A stretch of DNA of 32,000 bases from an uncultured Chloroflexia bacterium (GCA_963718915.1 CAVRAI010000003.1:750001-782000); one strand, 5' to 3'; positions 8,101-16,757 are shown, counted from the stretch's first letter. Notes: generated by a model from the letters alone, not told the origin. Translations and numbers: made by a program.

Positions 8101-9462
8101 CTAGTCGTCCTCCCCCAGTGGATGATAGACGCCATTGCTGAGCGCCCCCAGCGGACGGAACGCGCGCCCATCCCACTCGCCAGCCACATCCACCGGATGC
8201 CCGCCAGAGATCGCCAGCAGCGGCCAGTGGTCACCGGAGGTCACGGGCAGCGCCGCGCCATCGGCGTCACGCACGCGCCAGACGCCCGTAGCGGAATCGT
8301 AGTGTGGCGTCACCTGCGCGAGCACCGCCAGAAAGCGCTCCTGCCACGGCTGGCGCGCGAGCGATGCGGCGACTCCAGCGAGAAACGGCTCGATGGCGCA
8401 GGCGCCGGGAAGCGGGCCAGTCAGCGAATGGACATCACCCTGGCGAACCATCAGGGACGCGCGTTGCGGGCTGGCGCCGGGCCAGAATCCCAACTCCGCC
8501 CGCTGGCTCACGCCGGGCATCAGCAATTCAGCGAAGGGCCTGCCGGGCAACGCGAACTGCACAATCAGGGCGGTTCGTCCAGTGGAGTAGCCGCGCAGCC
8601 AGGTATATTGCGACTGGCCACCTATTGAGCCGCGATCCTGCGTCTCGACCCACTGGCCGAGGAATGCCCAATCGTCGCTGATGCGCTCGCCTTGCGTCTC
8701 CAGATCAGCGGCGTTGTAATTCCAGCCGACGAGATGGCGCACATCCTCATGCAGCGCGGGATCGAGCGCATCCAGCCGGGCGAACGCCTGCGTCACCAGC
8801 GCGACGCGGCCCAGATCGCCAAGCAGCCGATCCGGCCAGTCTGGCGTGGAGCCGGGGAGCGTCGCCATTGTCCGCAGCCGTCCGGCGATACCCTGCGCCT
8901 GCGCGTCGGTCATGCGCGCCGCCTGCGCCTCCCAGAAGCTTTCGGGCTGCGTCTCGGCAGCGGCCAGCCCATTACGCACGAGGTCATCAAGCCAGAGATT
9001 CAGTCCGGCGATACCATCGGCGACCAGCTTCTCGCGTTTCTCGGCACGTTTGGCTTTGCCTTTCTCTCGCGCCTGCTCTTTGGCGGCGGCCTCCTCGGGC
9101 GAGAGCGTCTCCTCGGCGGCATGCTTTTCCTCGTGGGAGTGGCGCTTGGCCAGCCAGTCGGCCACCCAGGATGGCGGCTCCGCCTCGGCCACATCGCTTG
9201 CTTTAGCGGCGAAGATCAGCATCAGGCCAAGCCCATGTTTGCAGGGAAATTTGCGGCTGGGACAGCTGCATTTGACGCTGAGCGTCGCCAGGTCCACCTC
9301 TACTCTATAAGGGGCTTTGCCGCTGCCCTGGCACTCGCCCCAGAGAGCGTCAGGATTACGGCCAAGTGACTTCCACTGGCGGGTGTTGGCAAGCTTGCGT
9401 CCCGCGGCGGCGGATGCGCTATCTGGGGCGAGGGCAAGCGCCTGCTCGCTGGTAAATGGCAT
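8101..9462 (-). CDS. SWIM zinc-finger protein
   Basis: 453-aa ORF with the SWIM signature CSCPSRKFPCKH (CxCx6CxH) at aa 65-76. A Lys/Glu-rich linker (...EEAAAKEQAREKGKAKRAEKREK...) and a ~300-aa C-terminal domain follow. A GGAGAGGGAGAG SD precedes the ATG. Confidence 0.85.
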   Translation of the reverse strand: MPFTSEQALALAPDSASAAAGRKLANTRQWKSLGRNPDALWGECQGSGKAPYRVEVDLATLSVKCSCPSRKFPCKHGLGLMLIFAAKASDVAEAEPPSWVADWLAKRHSHEEKHAAEETLSPEEAAAKEQAREKGKAKRAEKREKLVADGIAGLNLWLDDLVRNGLAAAETQPESFWEAQAARMTDAQAQGIAGRLRTMATLPGSTPDWPDRLLGDLGRVALVTQAFARLDALDPALHEDVRHLVGWNYNAADLETQGERISDDWAFLGQWVETQDRGSIGGQSQYTWLRGYSTGRTALIVQFALPGRPFAELLMPGVSQRAELGFWPGASPQRASLMVRQGDVHSLTGPLPGACAIEPFLAGVAASLARQPWQERFLAVLAQVTPHYDSATGVWRVRDADGAALPVTSGDHWPLLAISGGHPVDVAGEWDGRAFRPLGALSNGVYHPLGEDD

Positions 9463-9610
9463 CGTCTCTCCCTCTCCGCTGCCCCCTGAGCCACCTGATG
9501 GCCCTTTCTGATCATCAGTCTATTCCCTGGAAGCCAGCCAGAAGCGGTCAGCGCTCCCCACATGGAGACATGACGAATTCGACTCTCCTCCCACCCCTTT
9601 CGTATGATAC

Positions 9611-9720
9611 TGATTTCGTTTGGATTGTTGTCCTTGGGGGCCGACCGTAGCGTGAACGCTACGGCGAATGGGGTTGGGAAATTAGCCGCAGCCTTCAGGC
9701 TGCGGTCGGCCCACCCCAAC
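9611..9720. repeat. cluster of GC-rich hairpin modules (REP/MITE-like)
   Basis: Perfect hairpins ccgtagcg-tgaa-cgctacgg (9645-9664) and ccgcagcc-ttca-ggctgcgg (9685-9704). The same modules recur inverted at 11119-11200. Related modules occur at 14849-14888 and 15441-15480. Confidence 0.7.
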
Positions 9721-9893
9721 GGCAACAACCCAGCCTAAACGGGTATGAGTAGAAGCGGTAAGAGCGAGTGTCAATCGTCCTATGATACCGCCGTTGCGGG
9801 CAATACACAACGCGCAAAAAGCGAGCGCGCCCTGAACTCGGCAAAATCGCTGGTTGGGCGCGCTGCGTATCGGTACTGCTGCGGACGGTGAGC

Positions 9894-9953
9894 GCTGGCG
9901 GCTGAAGCCGCGCCTATGGGCCGCTGGCCGCAAAGCCCGCCTGCGCGGGCTGG
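9894..9953. repeat. 60-nt intergenic repeat, copy 1 (gctggcggctgaagccgcgcct...ccgcaaagcccgcctgcgcggg)
   Basis: Near-identical copy at 13332-13390, an inverted copy at 15526-15580 and a diverged inverted copy at 14936-15008. Confidence 0.8.
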
Positions 9954-9996
9954 TCAGACTATACCCCTACTTATCCACCTGCATTGTTCGCATAGT

Positions 9997-10039
9997 CCCT
10001 CCCCTCGTAGGGGAGGGTGGCCGAAGGCCGGGAGGGGTC
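9997..10039. repeat. 43-nt double-hairpin repeat immediately downstream of map
   Basis: The sequence ccctcccctcgtaggggagggtggccgaaggccgggaggggtc contains the hairpins ccctcccc/ggggaggg and ggcc-gaa-ggcc. An inverted copy with 41/43 identity lies at 10937-10979. Confidence 0.8.
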
Positions 10040-10046
10040 TGTAGCC

Positions 10047-10832
10047 CTACAGTGTTGTCAGAATCTCAGGCCCGTTATCGGTGATAGCAAGCGTATGCTC
10101 GAACTGCGCCGAACGCCTGCCGTCGGCGGTACTGACAACCCAGCCATCTTCGGCCAGCTTTGTATCGGCGGTTCCTTCGTTGAGCATCGGCTCGATGGTA
10201 AAGACCATGCCGGGACGAATCTCCGGGCCAGTGCCTACTTTGCCGACGTGCGTGACGAACGGGTCTTCGTGCAGCGAGCGGCCAACACCATGGCCGCCAT
10301 ATTCGCGCACGACGCCGTAGCCCTCGCCCTCAGCATACTTCTGGATGGCCGCGCCGATATCGCCGATGCGTCCGCCCGGTTGCGCCGCCGCGATGCCAAG
10401 TTCTAGGCTGTGCTTCGTCGCGGCGAGCAGGCGCTCAGTCTTCTCATCGGGCTGGCCAACGGCGAAGGTGACGCAGGAATCGCCGACCCAGCCGCGAAAG
10501 ATGACGCCGATGTCGATGCCGACGATGTCGCCATCCTGGAGTATCTGATGCGTGCTGGGGATGCCGTGGCAGATGACGTCGTTGATGGCGACGCAGATGG
10601 TGGCCGGGAAAGCTTGGCGCACCAGCCGCCCGCGATTGGTGATTGCGCCGTAGCCCTTGTACATGGGCAACGCGCCGTGACCGCGAATGAACTTCTCCGC
10701 GATGCTATCCAGCTCGCCGGTCGAGACGCCCGGCTTGACGTGCGGGCGCAGTTCTTCGTAGGTCTCGGCGACGAGACGGCCCGCCGCGCGCAATTTCTCG
10801 ATCTGGTCAGGAGATTTGAGCAAAATAGCCAT
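10047..10832 (-). CDS. map: type I methionine aminopeptidase
   Basis: 261-aa ORF with a full-length Map pattern (MAILLKSPDQIEKLRAAG..., ...DGDIVGIDIG..., ...REYGGHGVG..., ...MVFTIEPM..., ...SAQFEHT...). Confidence 0.95.
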   Translation of the reverse strand: MAILLKSPDQIEKLRAAGRLVAETYEELRPHVKPGVSTGELDSIAEKFIRGHGALPMYKGYGAITNRGRLVRQAFPATICVAINDVICHGIPSTHQILQDGDIVGIDIGVIFRGWVGDSCVTFAVGQPDEKTERLLAATKHSLELGIAAAQPGGRIGDIGAAIQKYAEGEGYGVVREYGGHGVGRSLHEDPFVTHVGKVGTGPEIRPGMVFTIEPMLNEGTADTKLAEDGWVVSTADGRRSAQFEHTLAITDNGPEILTTL

Positions 10833-10936
10833 AGGACAGTCGCCTCTGTTGACTGGTTTGTTGACTCTTTAATCGACGCTGCGTTGTCAATCATGGCAAT
10901 GCATTGATTCAGTATACAATCTCAGGGCAGGATTCG

Positions 10937-10979
10937 GACCTCTCCCGGCCTTCGGCCACCCTCCCCTACAAGGGGAGGG
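10937..10979. repeat. inverted copy of the 43-nt double-hairpin repeat, upstream of map
   Basis: gacctctcccggccttcggccaccctcccctacaaggggaggg is the reverse complement of 9997-10039 with 2 mismatches. Confidence 0.8.
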
Positions 10980-11118
10980 CCTAGGCGAACCCTGTGGCGA
11001 TGGGGTAGGGGCCAGTCTGGCGCCCCTATCCTCGTAGGAGAGAGGCTGGGGGTGATGTTTGTCCGGGATTTCACGCGCCGTAGCCTGATGAAGTTTAAGC
11101 ATTACCTCCGAACAGCTT

Positions 11119-11200
11119 GCTGGGGTGAGCGTGCCGGAGCCTGCCAGCGAATTTCCCCATCCGAATCACTCCTCCATTCGCCGTAGCGTTGACGCTACGG
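11119..11200. repeat. inverted copy of the hairpin-module cluster seen at 9645-9720
   Basis: ccattcgccgtagcgttgacgctacgg (11174-11200) is the reverse complement of 9645-9671 with one loop mismatch. The adjacent gaatttcccc / caccccagc modules are also shared. Confidence 0.7.
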
Positions 11201-11287
11201 CCTGCCTCGCCCGCCACGACGCGCGGTGTTCGGAATATAAAGTTAAAGTTCATCATGCCGCGAAGGTGGCTTACCACCAACCTTTCC

Positions 11288-12157
<870 letters not shown>

Positions 12158-12166
12158 AGTGCTTTC

Positions 12167-13305
12167 TTAGCTCCTGGCCTTGATCTCGGCGACGATCTTC
12201 TGCGCGCCGTCGCGCATGTCTGCGCCCCAGGTGAGGCCAGCGTCGGCCAGCAGGGCGCGGCCCTCAACCTCGCCGGTGCCGGAGAGGCGGGCGACGATAG
12301 GCATGCCCTTGGGAAGCTCGCCCTGGGCCATGATAATGCCCTTCGCCACCTCTTCGCCACGGGTGATACCGCCGAAGATATTGACCAGAATGCCGCGCAC
12401 CTGGGGGTCGCGGGCGACGAAGAGCAGCGCCTTCTTCATCACCTCGGCCTTGGCGCCGCCGCCGATATCGAGGAAGTTAGCGGGTTTGCCACCGGAGCGG
12501 GCGACCATATCGAGCGTCGTCATGACGAGGCCCGCGCCGTTGCCGATGATGCCAACATCGCCGTCGAGCTTGACGTAGGTCAGCCCCTCGCCCTTCGCCT
12601 CGAACTCCAGTGGGTTCGCCTCTTCCGGCTCGGCCCAACTGGCGTACTCTTTCTGGCGCGGCAGGCCATTGTCGTCAATCAGGATTTTGCCGTCGGCGGC
12701 GAGCACCTGACCATCAGCGGTGAGGGCGAGCGGGTTGATCTCGGCGAGCGTTGCGTCGCTGCCCTCATAGGCGCGGGCCAGCGCGGCGAGAATCGCGCCG
12801 CCCTTCGCGACGACGCTGGAGGGCATGCCCGCCCGTGCGAGCAGTTCGCGCGCCTGCCATGCGGGCAGTCCCCAGCGCACGTCGATAGTGTGCTTGATGA
12901 TCTTTTCGGGCGTCGTCTCGGCGACCTCTTCGATATCGACGCCGCCCGCCGCGCTGACCATGACGACCGGGGCCTGGCTGGCGCGGTCGAGGACGATGCC
13001 GACGTAGTATTCATCGCGATGGCGATCTTGGGTGTAACCAGGACTTTCTCGACGGTCAGCCCTTTGATGTCCATCCCAAGCACACGGCTCGCGGCGTCGC
13101 GCGCCTGCTCGGGCGTATCGCCAAACTGGATGCCGCCCGCCTTGCCACGTCCGCCGACGTAGACCTGCGCTTTGATGACGACCGGCTCGCCAAACTCGCG
13201 GGCGATCTCCTCGGCCTGTTCCGGCGTGGTGGCGATTTTGCCCGGCTGCACGGGGATGCCGTACCGGCGCATGATTTCTTTCGCCTGGTACTCATGAATC
13301 TTCAA
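12167..13305 (-). pseudogene. sucC: succinyl-CoA synthetase beta subunit, reading frame broken by a 1-nt deletion (or sequencing error)
   Basis: TTG start at 13305 with a GGGAG SD gives (M)[18 protein letters not shown]... in one frame up to ...[10 protein letters not shown]. The homologous continuation [30 protein letters not shown]... is in another frame. Only 2 nt (13013-13014) separate the two frames. Confidence 0.9.
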
Positions 13306-13331
13306 TGGTTCAGCTCCCTGAAATAAATACC

Positions 13332-13390
13332 GCTGGCGGCTGAAGCCGCGCCTAAGGGCCTTCGACCGCAAAGCCCGCCTGCGCGGGCTA
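13332..13390. repeat. 60-nt intergenic repeat, copy 2
   Basis: gctggcggctgaagccgcgcctaagggccttcgaccgcaaagcccgcctgcgcgggcta is nearly identical to 9894-9953. Confidence 0.8.
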
Positions 13391-13545
13391 GCAGAATTGG
13401 TGGCACATGGCTCCGTTGCCATGTGGCGTCATGCGTTGCCCTGCCAAATAGCTCTACTCAGAGATAGTACCACGAGCTATGGCGGCTGGCCGCTCCATCT
13501 ACTCAGTCACTCTTTGAGATACGATGCAGTTGTCGGATCATACGC

Positions 13546-14761
13546 TCAATTACTGTAGTAGTCTTCCCTCAACCTTTTGGCATAGTTGGTGCGTCCTAGC
13601 GCGTCAAGTGAGGCAAGATAAAGTTGGAATGCTTCACTGTCGTCCTTAAAGGCTCCATCACGGATCCGCTTAACGAAACGCCACCTGAGTGCATTCCCGT
13701 AGCGATTTTCGAAGATATGCACAATCAAGCCGTAGGTTTCTCTAGCATCATCGGGCAGCCCAATCTTCATAAACGCCTCAGCAAACATGTAAAGAGTACG
13801 AATATCAGACAGTGTATTTAGAAGGGGTCGTTCACTGTACCACATTGCCACTAAAGCATTGAGACGATTAATGCGTTTCAGTCCCTCGATCAACTCCATG
13901 AGTAGCTGATTTCGCTCAAGTTTTCCGCGTTGACTCCAGTGATGAGAGGAACGAAGCATTGAAAATGCTTGCAACAGTTCGTGTTCATCAGTCAGTGTGC
14001 GAAAGATTTTAACATAAGTGAAATCGCTACTGACGCTACGGCCAAACATACCATATGTTGTGGATACAGGGGTTGTGGATACAGGGGTTGTGGATACAGG
14101 GGTTGTGGATACAGACCAGAGATACTCATCGTCAGGATCAATCAAGAGGATGTGAAATAGAGCTTGACCTTCCGAGCCAGGATCGTTTATCGCACCTAGA
14201 ACAGAGGCCTTGATTTCGAGTACATCGATGTTCTTCGGATCGAGGGCGAGGACGCGCTCACAGACCGATAGTGCATTAGTATAGCTTCCTTCTGTCGAGC
14301 GGGATCTGCAGAGCCTAATCAAGTCTTCGAGAGTCTCTGCTGTTGCCACAGGTGCGGCATCCAGCCCAGGCGCTGGTGGCGTTTCTATAGCCATAATGGT
14401 GACGCGGGACGCCGCATGCGGCTCCTCGCCGACGACGGCGATCCACTGAATTGTAAGCAAGAAGCCTGATACCTGGGTGTTGCGTAACAGCACAGGCAAG
14501 ATGCGTCGCCGCGTCGCGATAGCCAACTGCAATTCATCCTGCACCCATTTGGATTCCCATGCTTCAGGGGTCAGTACCAGCAGGAATACGTCGCGATTCT
14601 CTACCTCACTTCTGGATGCTATCTACCCATGCTGCGCCGCCCTGGAGTCCCGTCTCGTCATACCAGACATCATAGCCAACAGCCTTGAGAGCATCGGCGA
14701 ATGGGCGGCACCATTCGTTATCCTGGTGGCTATGGCTGACGAAGATACGTACCTGTGCCAT
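13546..14761 (-). pseudogene. TIR-domain protein with TPR-like/helical C-terminal domain, frameshifted by one extra base
   Basis: ATG at 14761 with a GGAGGGAG SD 7 nt upstream. The N-terminal frame reads MAQVRIFVSHSHQDNEWCRPFADALKAVGYDVWYDETGLQGGAAWVDSIQK, then TGA at 14606-14608. Skipping base 14608 continues EVENRDVFLLVLTPEAWESKWVQDELQLAIATRRRILPVLL... (TIR_2-like). The low-GC C-terminal part contains a TPR-like ...ALSVCERVLALDPKNIDVLEIKASVL.... Confidence 0.8.
14056..14115. repeat. 15-nt tandem repeat x4 (ggttgtggatacagg) inside the TIR-gene C-terminal region
   Basis: Four head-to-tail copies, the first and last with 1 mismatch. They encode (STTPV)x4 on the minus strand. Confidence 0.95.
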
Positions 14762-14848
14762 TATGTATCTCCCTCCATCGGCAAGTACTCAATATTGGCC
14801 CATTGTAGCACAAGCAATGAGAGGGCGAGATGTGAACAAGGTGGGCGC

Positions 14849-15008
14849 GCCGCAGGCTGAAGCCCTGCGGCTAATCCTGATCGTTTGGTATCTCTCTTGG
14901 TGGTAAGCGAGTGCGCACAAATAGCGTCTGGCCAGTCCGCGCAGGCGGACTTCGTGGCGGAGCGTTAGCGAGGCCAGTCAGGCGCGGTTTTAACCGCCCG
15001 CCTCCCCG
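14849..15008. repeat. ~150-nt composite hairpin-module element, copy A
   Basis: Module gccgcaggctgaagccctgcggctaatcctgatcgtttgg (14849-14888), a ~48-nt related spacer, then a diverged copy of the 60-nt repeat (14936-15008). The architecture matches 15441-15580. Confidence 0.7.
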
Positions 15009-15103
15009 GCAGAGAACCTACGAAGTAGCAGGAGGGGATAGCCCACAATTGCCTTGGGTTCTATGACAACATTCGTATCTACCAGAATTTGTGTACGAGC
15101 CAT
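14990..15103 (-). pseudogene. truncated PIN-domain (VapC-like) toxin remnant
   Basis: The ATG shares 1 nt with the stop of the upstream small ORF (TGATG junction at 15101-15105). The N-terminus MARTQILVDTNVVIEPKAIVG has the PIN-type ...LVDTNV... start. After ~21 aa the frame runs into repeat element 14936-15008 and stops, giving 37 aa in total. Confidence 0.5.
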
Positions 15104-15336
15104 CATCCAAAGCGCTCGTCACGGCTCTCATCGAGCAATTGCTGTTCATCAATTGGCTCGGCGGTGCGGGCAATGCCGCGCAGGCTAGCGGCGCTGCCAC
15201 CCTTTGGGGCTGGCGGCAATTCACGCCTCGTATTCTGCGCCAACGCCCGCATGATCTCCTGCGCAATCGCCGCTTGTTCTTCAGGCGGCAACTGATGCAC
15301 GGCATCGAGAATCGCTTGGCGTGATAGCTGAGGCAT
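15103..15336 (-). CDS. small antitoxin-like protein (partner of the PIN remnant)
   Basis: 77-aa ORF MPQLSRQAILDAVHQLPPEEQAAIAQEIMRAL.... The stop overlaps the PIN-remnant ATG, as in toxin-antitoxin operons. Confidence 0.55.
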   Translation of the reverse strand: MPQLSRQAILDAVHQLPPEEQAAIAQEIMRALAQNTRRELPPAPKGGSAASLRGIARTAEPIDEQQLLDESRDERFG

Positions 15337-15440
15337 CGCGCCCTCCTCTCTTCATTCACTTCCAGCGGATCGACAAACAGTCCACCTGAAGTATAACCCA
15401 AGCTGAAGAGAAGAGGGCGTGGTTTGAGCAGGGCGAGCAT

Positions 15441-15580
15441 GCCGCAGGCTGAAGACCTGCGGCTAATCCTGATTGTTTGGCGCTTCTGTCGATGGCGAAC
15501 GGGTGCATGCAAAGCGGTCTGGGAGGCCGCGCAGGCGGCCTTTGCGGCGTAGCCCTTAGGCGCGGCTTCAGCCGCCAGCC
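15441..15580. repeat. ~150-nt composite hairpin-module element, copy B
   Basis: gccgcaggctgaagacctgcggctaatcctgattgtttgg (15441-15480, 38/40 identical to 14849-14888), a related spacer, then an inverted copy of the 60-nt repeat (15526-15580). Confidence 0.7.
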
Positions 15581-15626
15581 TCCCAGGCACGAGCAAACCT
15601 ACACCAACCGCCCGCGCGCTTACCCG

Positions 15627-16757
15627 CTACCCCACCGGATCCGGCGTGCGTTCAGATGTCGTTGCAGCGGTGCGGTCGTCGCGGCGGATCACCACGATCA
15701 GCAGCGCCACCAGCCCAGCGATGAGCGCCACCAGCAGCGCCACCTGCGGCGTGCCGATGGGCAACTGCGGCAGCCAGCCGGGCAGATCGTGCCCGTTGCG
15801 CGCGGCCGTCACCAGCGATGTGCCGAAGGGAGCCAGTTGGATGACGCCAGCCGAGGTGAGCGAGAGATCGTATGTCACCTGCGGCTCCGTCGCGTTCAGC
15901 GTCAGATATGTCAGCCAGGCGTCCGACGGCACCCAGCCCATATTGCGGTCGGTCGAGAGATCGTGGTAGAGCGAGGCGTTCATATGCTCCTGGAAGGCAA
16001 CCTGGAAGCCCGTCGCGCCCGGCACCGCGCTGCCAACCGGCGATTGCCCGATGGTCGCGCCCACCGCGCTGGTATTGACCGGCTTATCGGTCAGTAGATA
16101 GAGGTCGGCGTTCACCTGTTGCCCCTCGACGGCCAGCACCTCCAGCGGCACCCAGAGGCGCGGCGTCTTCATCGTGATGAGCACCGGCGCGCCATCGCCC
16201 TGCAACTGGCCGCGCGCGCGGGCGGCGGATGTGTCGTATTTCGCCGCCATGAAGATCGGGCTGCCGTGGGCATAGCCGAGCAGGTGCGCCTTCGTCTCGT
16301 CATTCAGCTCGAAGCCGTTGGTCGCGCACCACTGGATCACCTCCTGGCCGCTGCCTTTGAGGACGGTGATGTTGAGCGCCTCGACCTTCACCTGCTGGAT
16401 CACCTGGGCCGCGCTCGGGGCCGCCGCGCCTGCCGCCTGGTCCAGCGCGAACGTCGGCTGCGGATGCGTCTCGCGCTCCAGCCGCTGCAACGTCCAGGCG
16501 CCGCCTTCCTGGATGCTCAGCGGAATCGCGGGCAGCGGCACAATCCAGCCGACGTCGTTGAAGTCGCCTTGATACGTGAAACTCGTCAGATAATGCTCGA
16601 TGCCGTCATGCCAGGCGACCAACGTCGTGGCGCGCTCCAACCGGACGGAGCCGTTGGGGGCGACGAGGCCACCACAGGCGGCGGCGGTGGCTGCCTGGGT
16701 CACGAAGACGCCAAGGACGAAGAGGACGGGTATCAACTTCCACAGTTTACGGATCAT
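15627..16757 (-). CDS. DUF2330-like secreted/membrane-anchored protein
   Basis: The preferred start is MIRKLWKLIPVLFVLGVFVTQAATAAACGG... (ATG 16757, AAGGAG SD 8 nt upstream). It has a signal peptide followed by ACGG, as I recall for DUF2330, and a C-terminal TM helix VALLVALIAGLVALLIVVI. The 86 extra upstream codons in the ORF track lack an SD. Confidence 0.65.
   Translation of the reverse strand: MIRKLWKLIPVLFVLGVFVTQAATAAACGGLVAPNGSVRLERATTLVAWHDGIEHYLTSFTYQGDFNDVGWIVPLPAIPLSIQEGGAWTLQRLERETHPQPTFALDQAAGAAAPSAAQVIQQVKVEALNITVLKGSGQEVIQWCATNGFELNDETKAHLLGYAHGSPIFMAAKYDTSAARARGQLQGDGAPVLITMKTPRLWVPLEVLAVEGQQVNADLYLLTDKPVNTSAVGATIGQSPVGSAVPGATGFQVAFQEHMNASLYHDLSTDRNMGWVPSDAWLTYLTLNATEPQVTYDLSLTSAGVIQLAPFGTSLVTAARNGHDLPGWLPQLPIGTPQVALLVALIAGLVALLIVVIRRDDRTAATTSERTPDPVG

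Noticed and set aside
10928-10945. aggattcggacc resembles the reverse complement of a tRNA T-arm.
   Set aside because: The flanking sequence cannot form a T-stem or acceptor stem, and the string belongs to the 43-nt hairpin repeat.
12679-13422. 247-aa ORF as an independent gene, and the upstream extension of sucC beyond 13305.
   Set aside because: Only the part from the TTG at 13305 to ~13015 is SucC-like. The upstream part runs through the 60-nt intergenic repeat, and the downstream part is out-of-frame nonsense after the frameshift.
15018-15596. 192-aa minus-strand ORF spanning the TA remnant and repeats.
   Set aside because: It is built largely from repeat-element sequence, and it overlaps the better-supported 77-aa antitoxin-like ORF in another frame.
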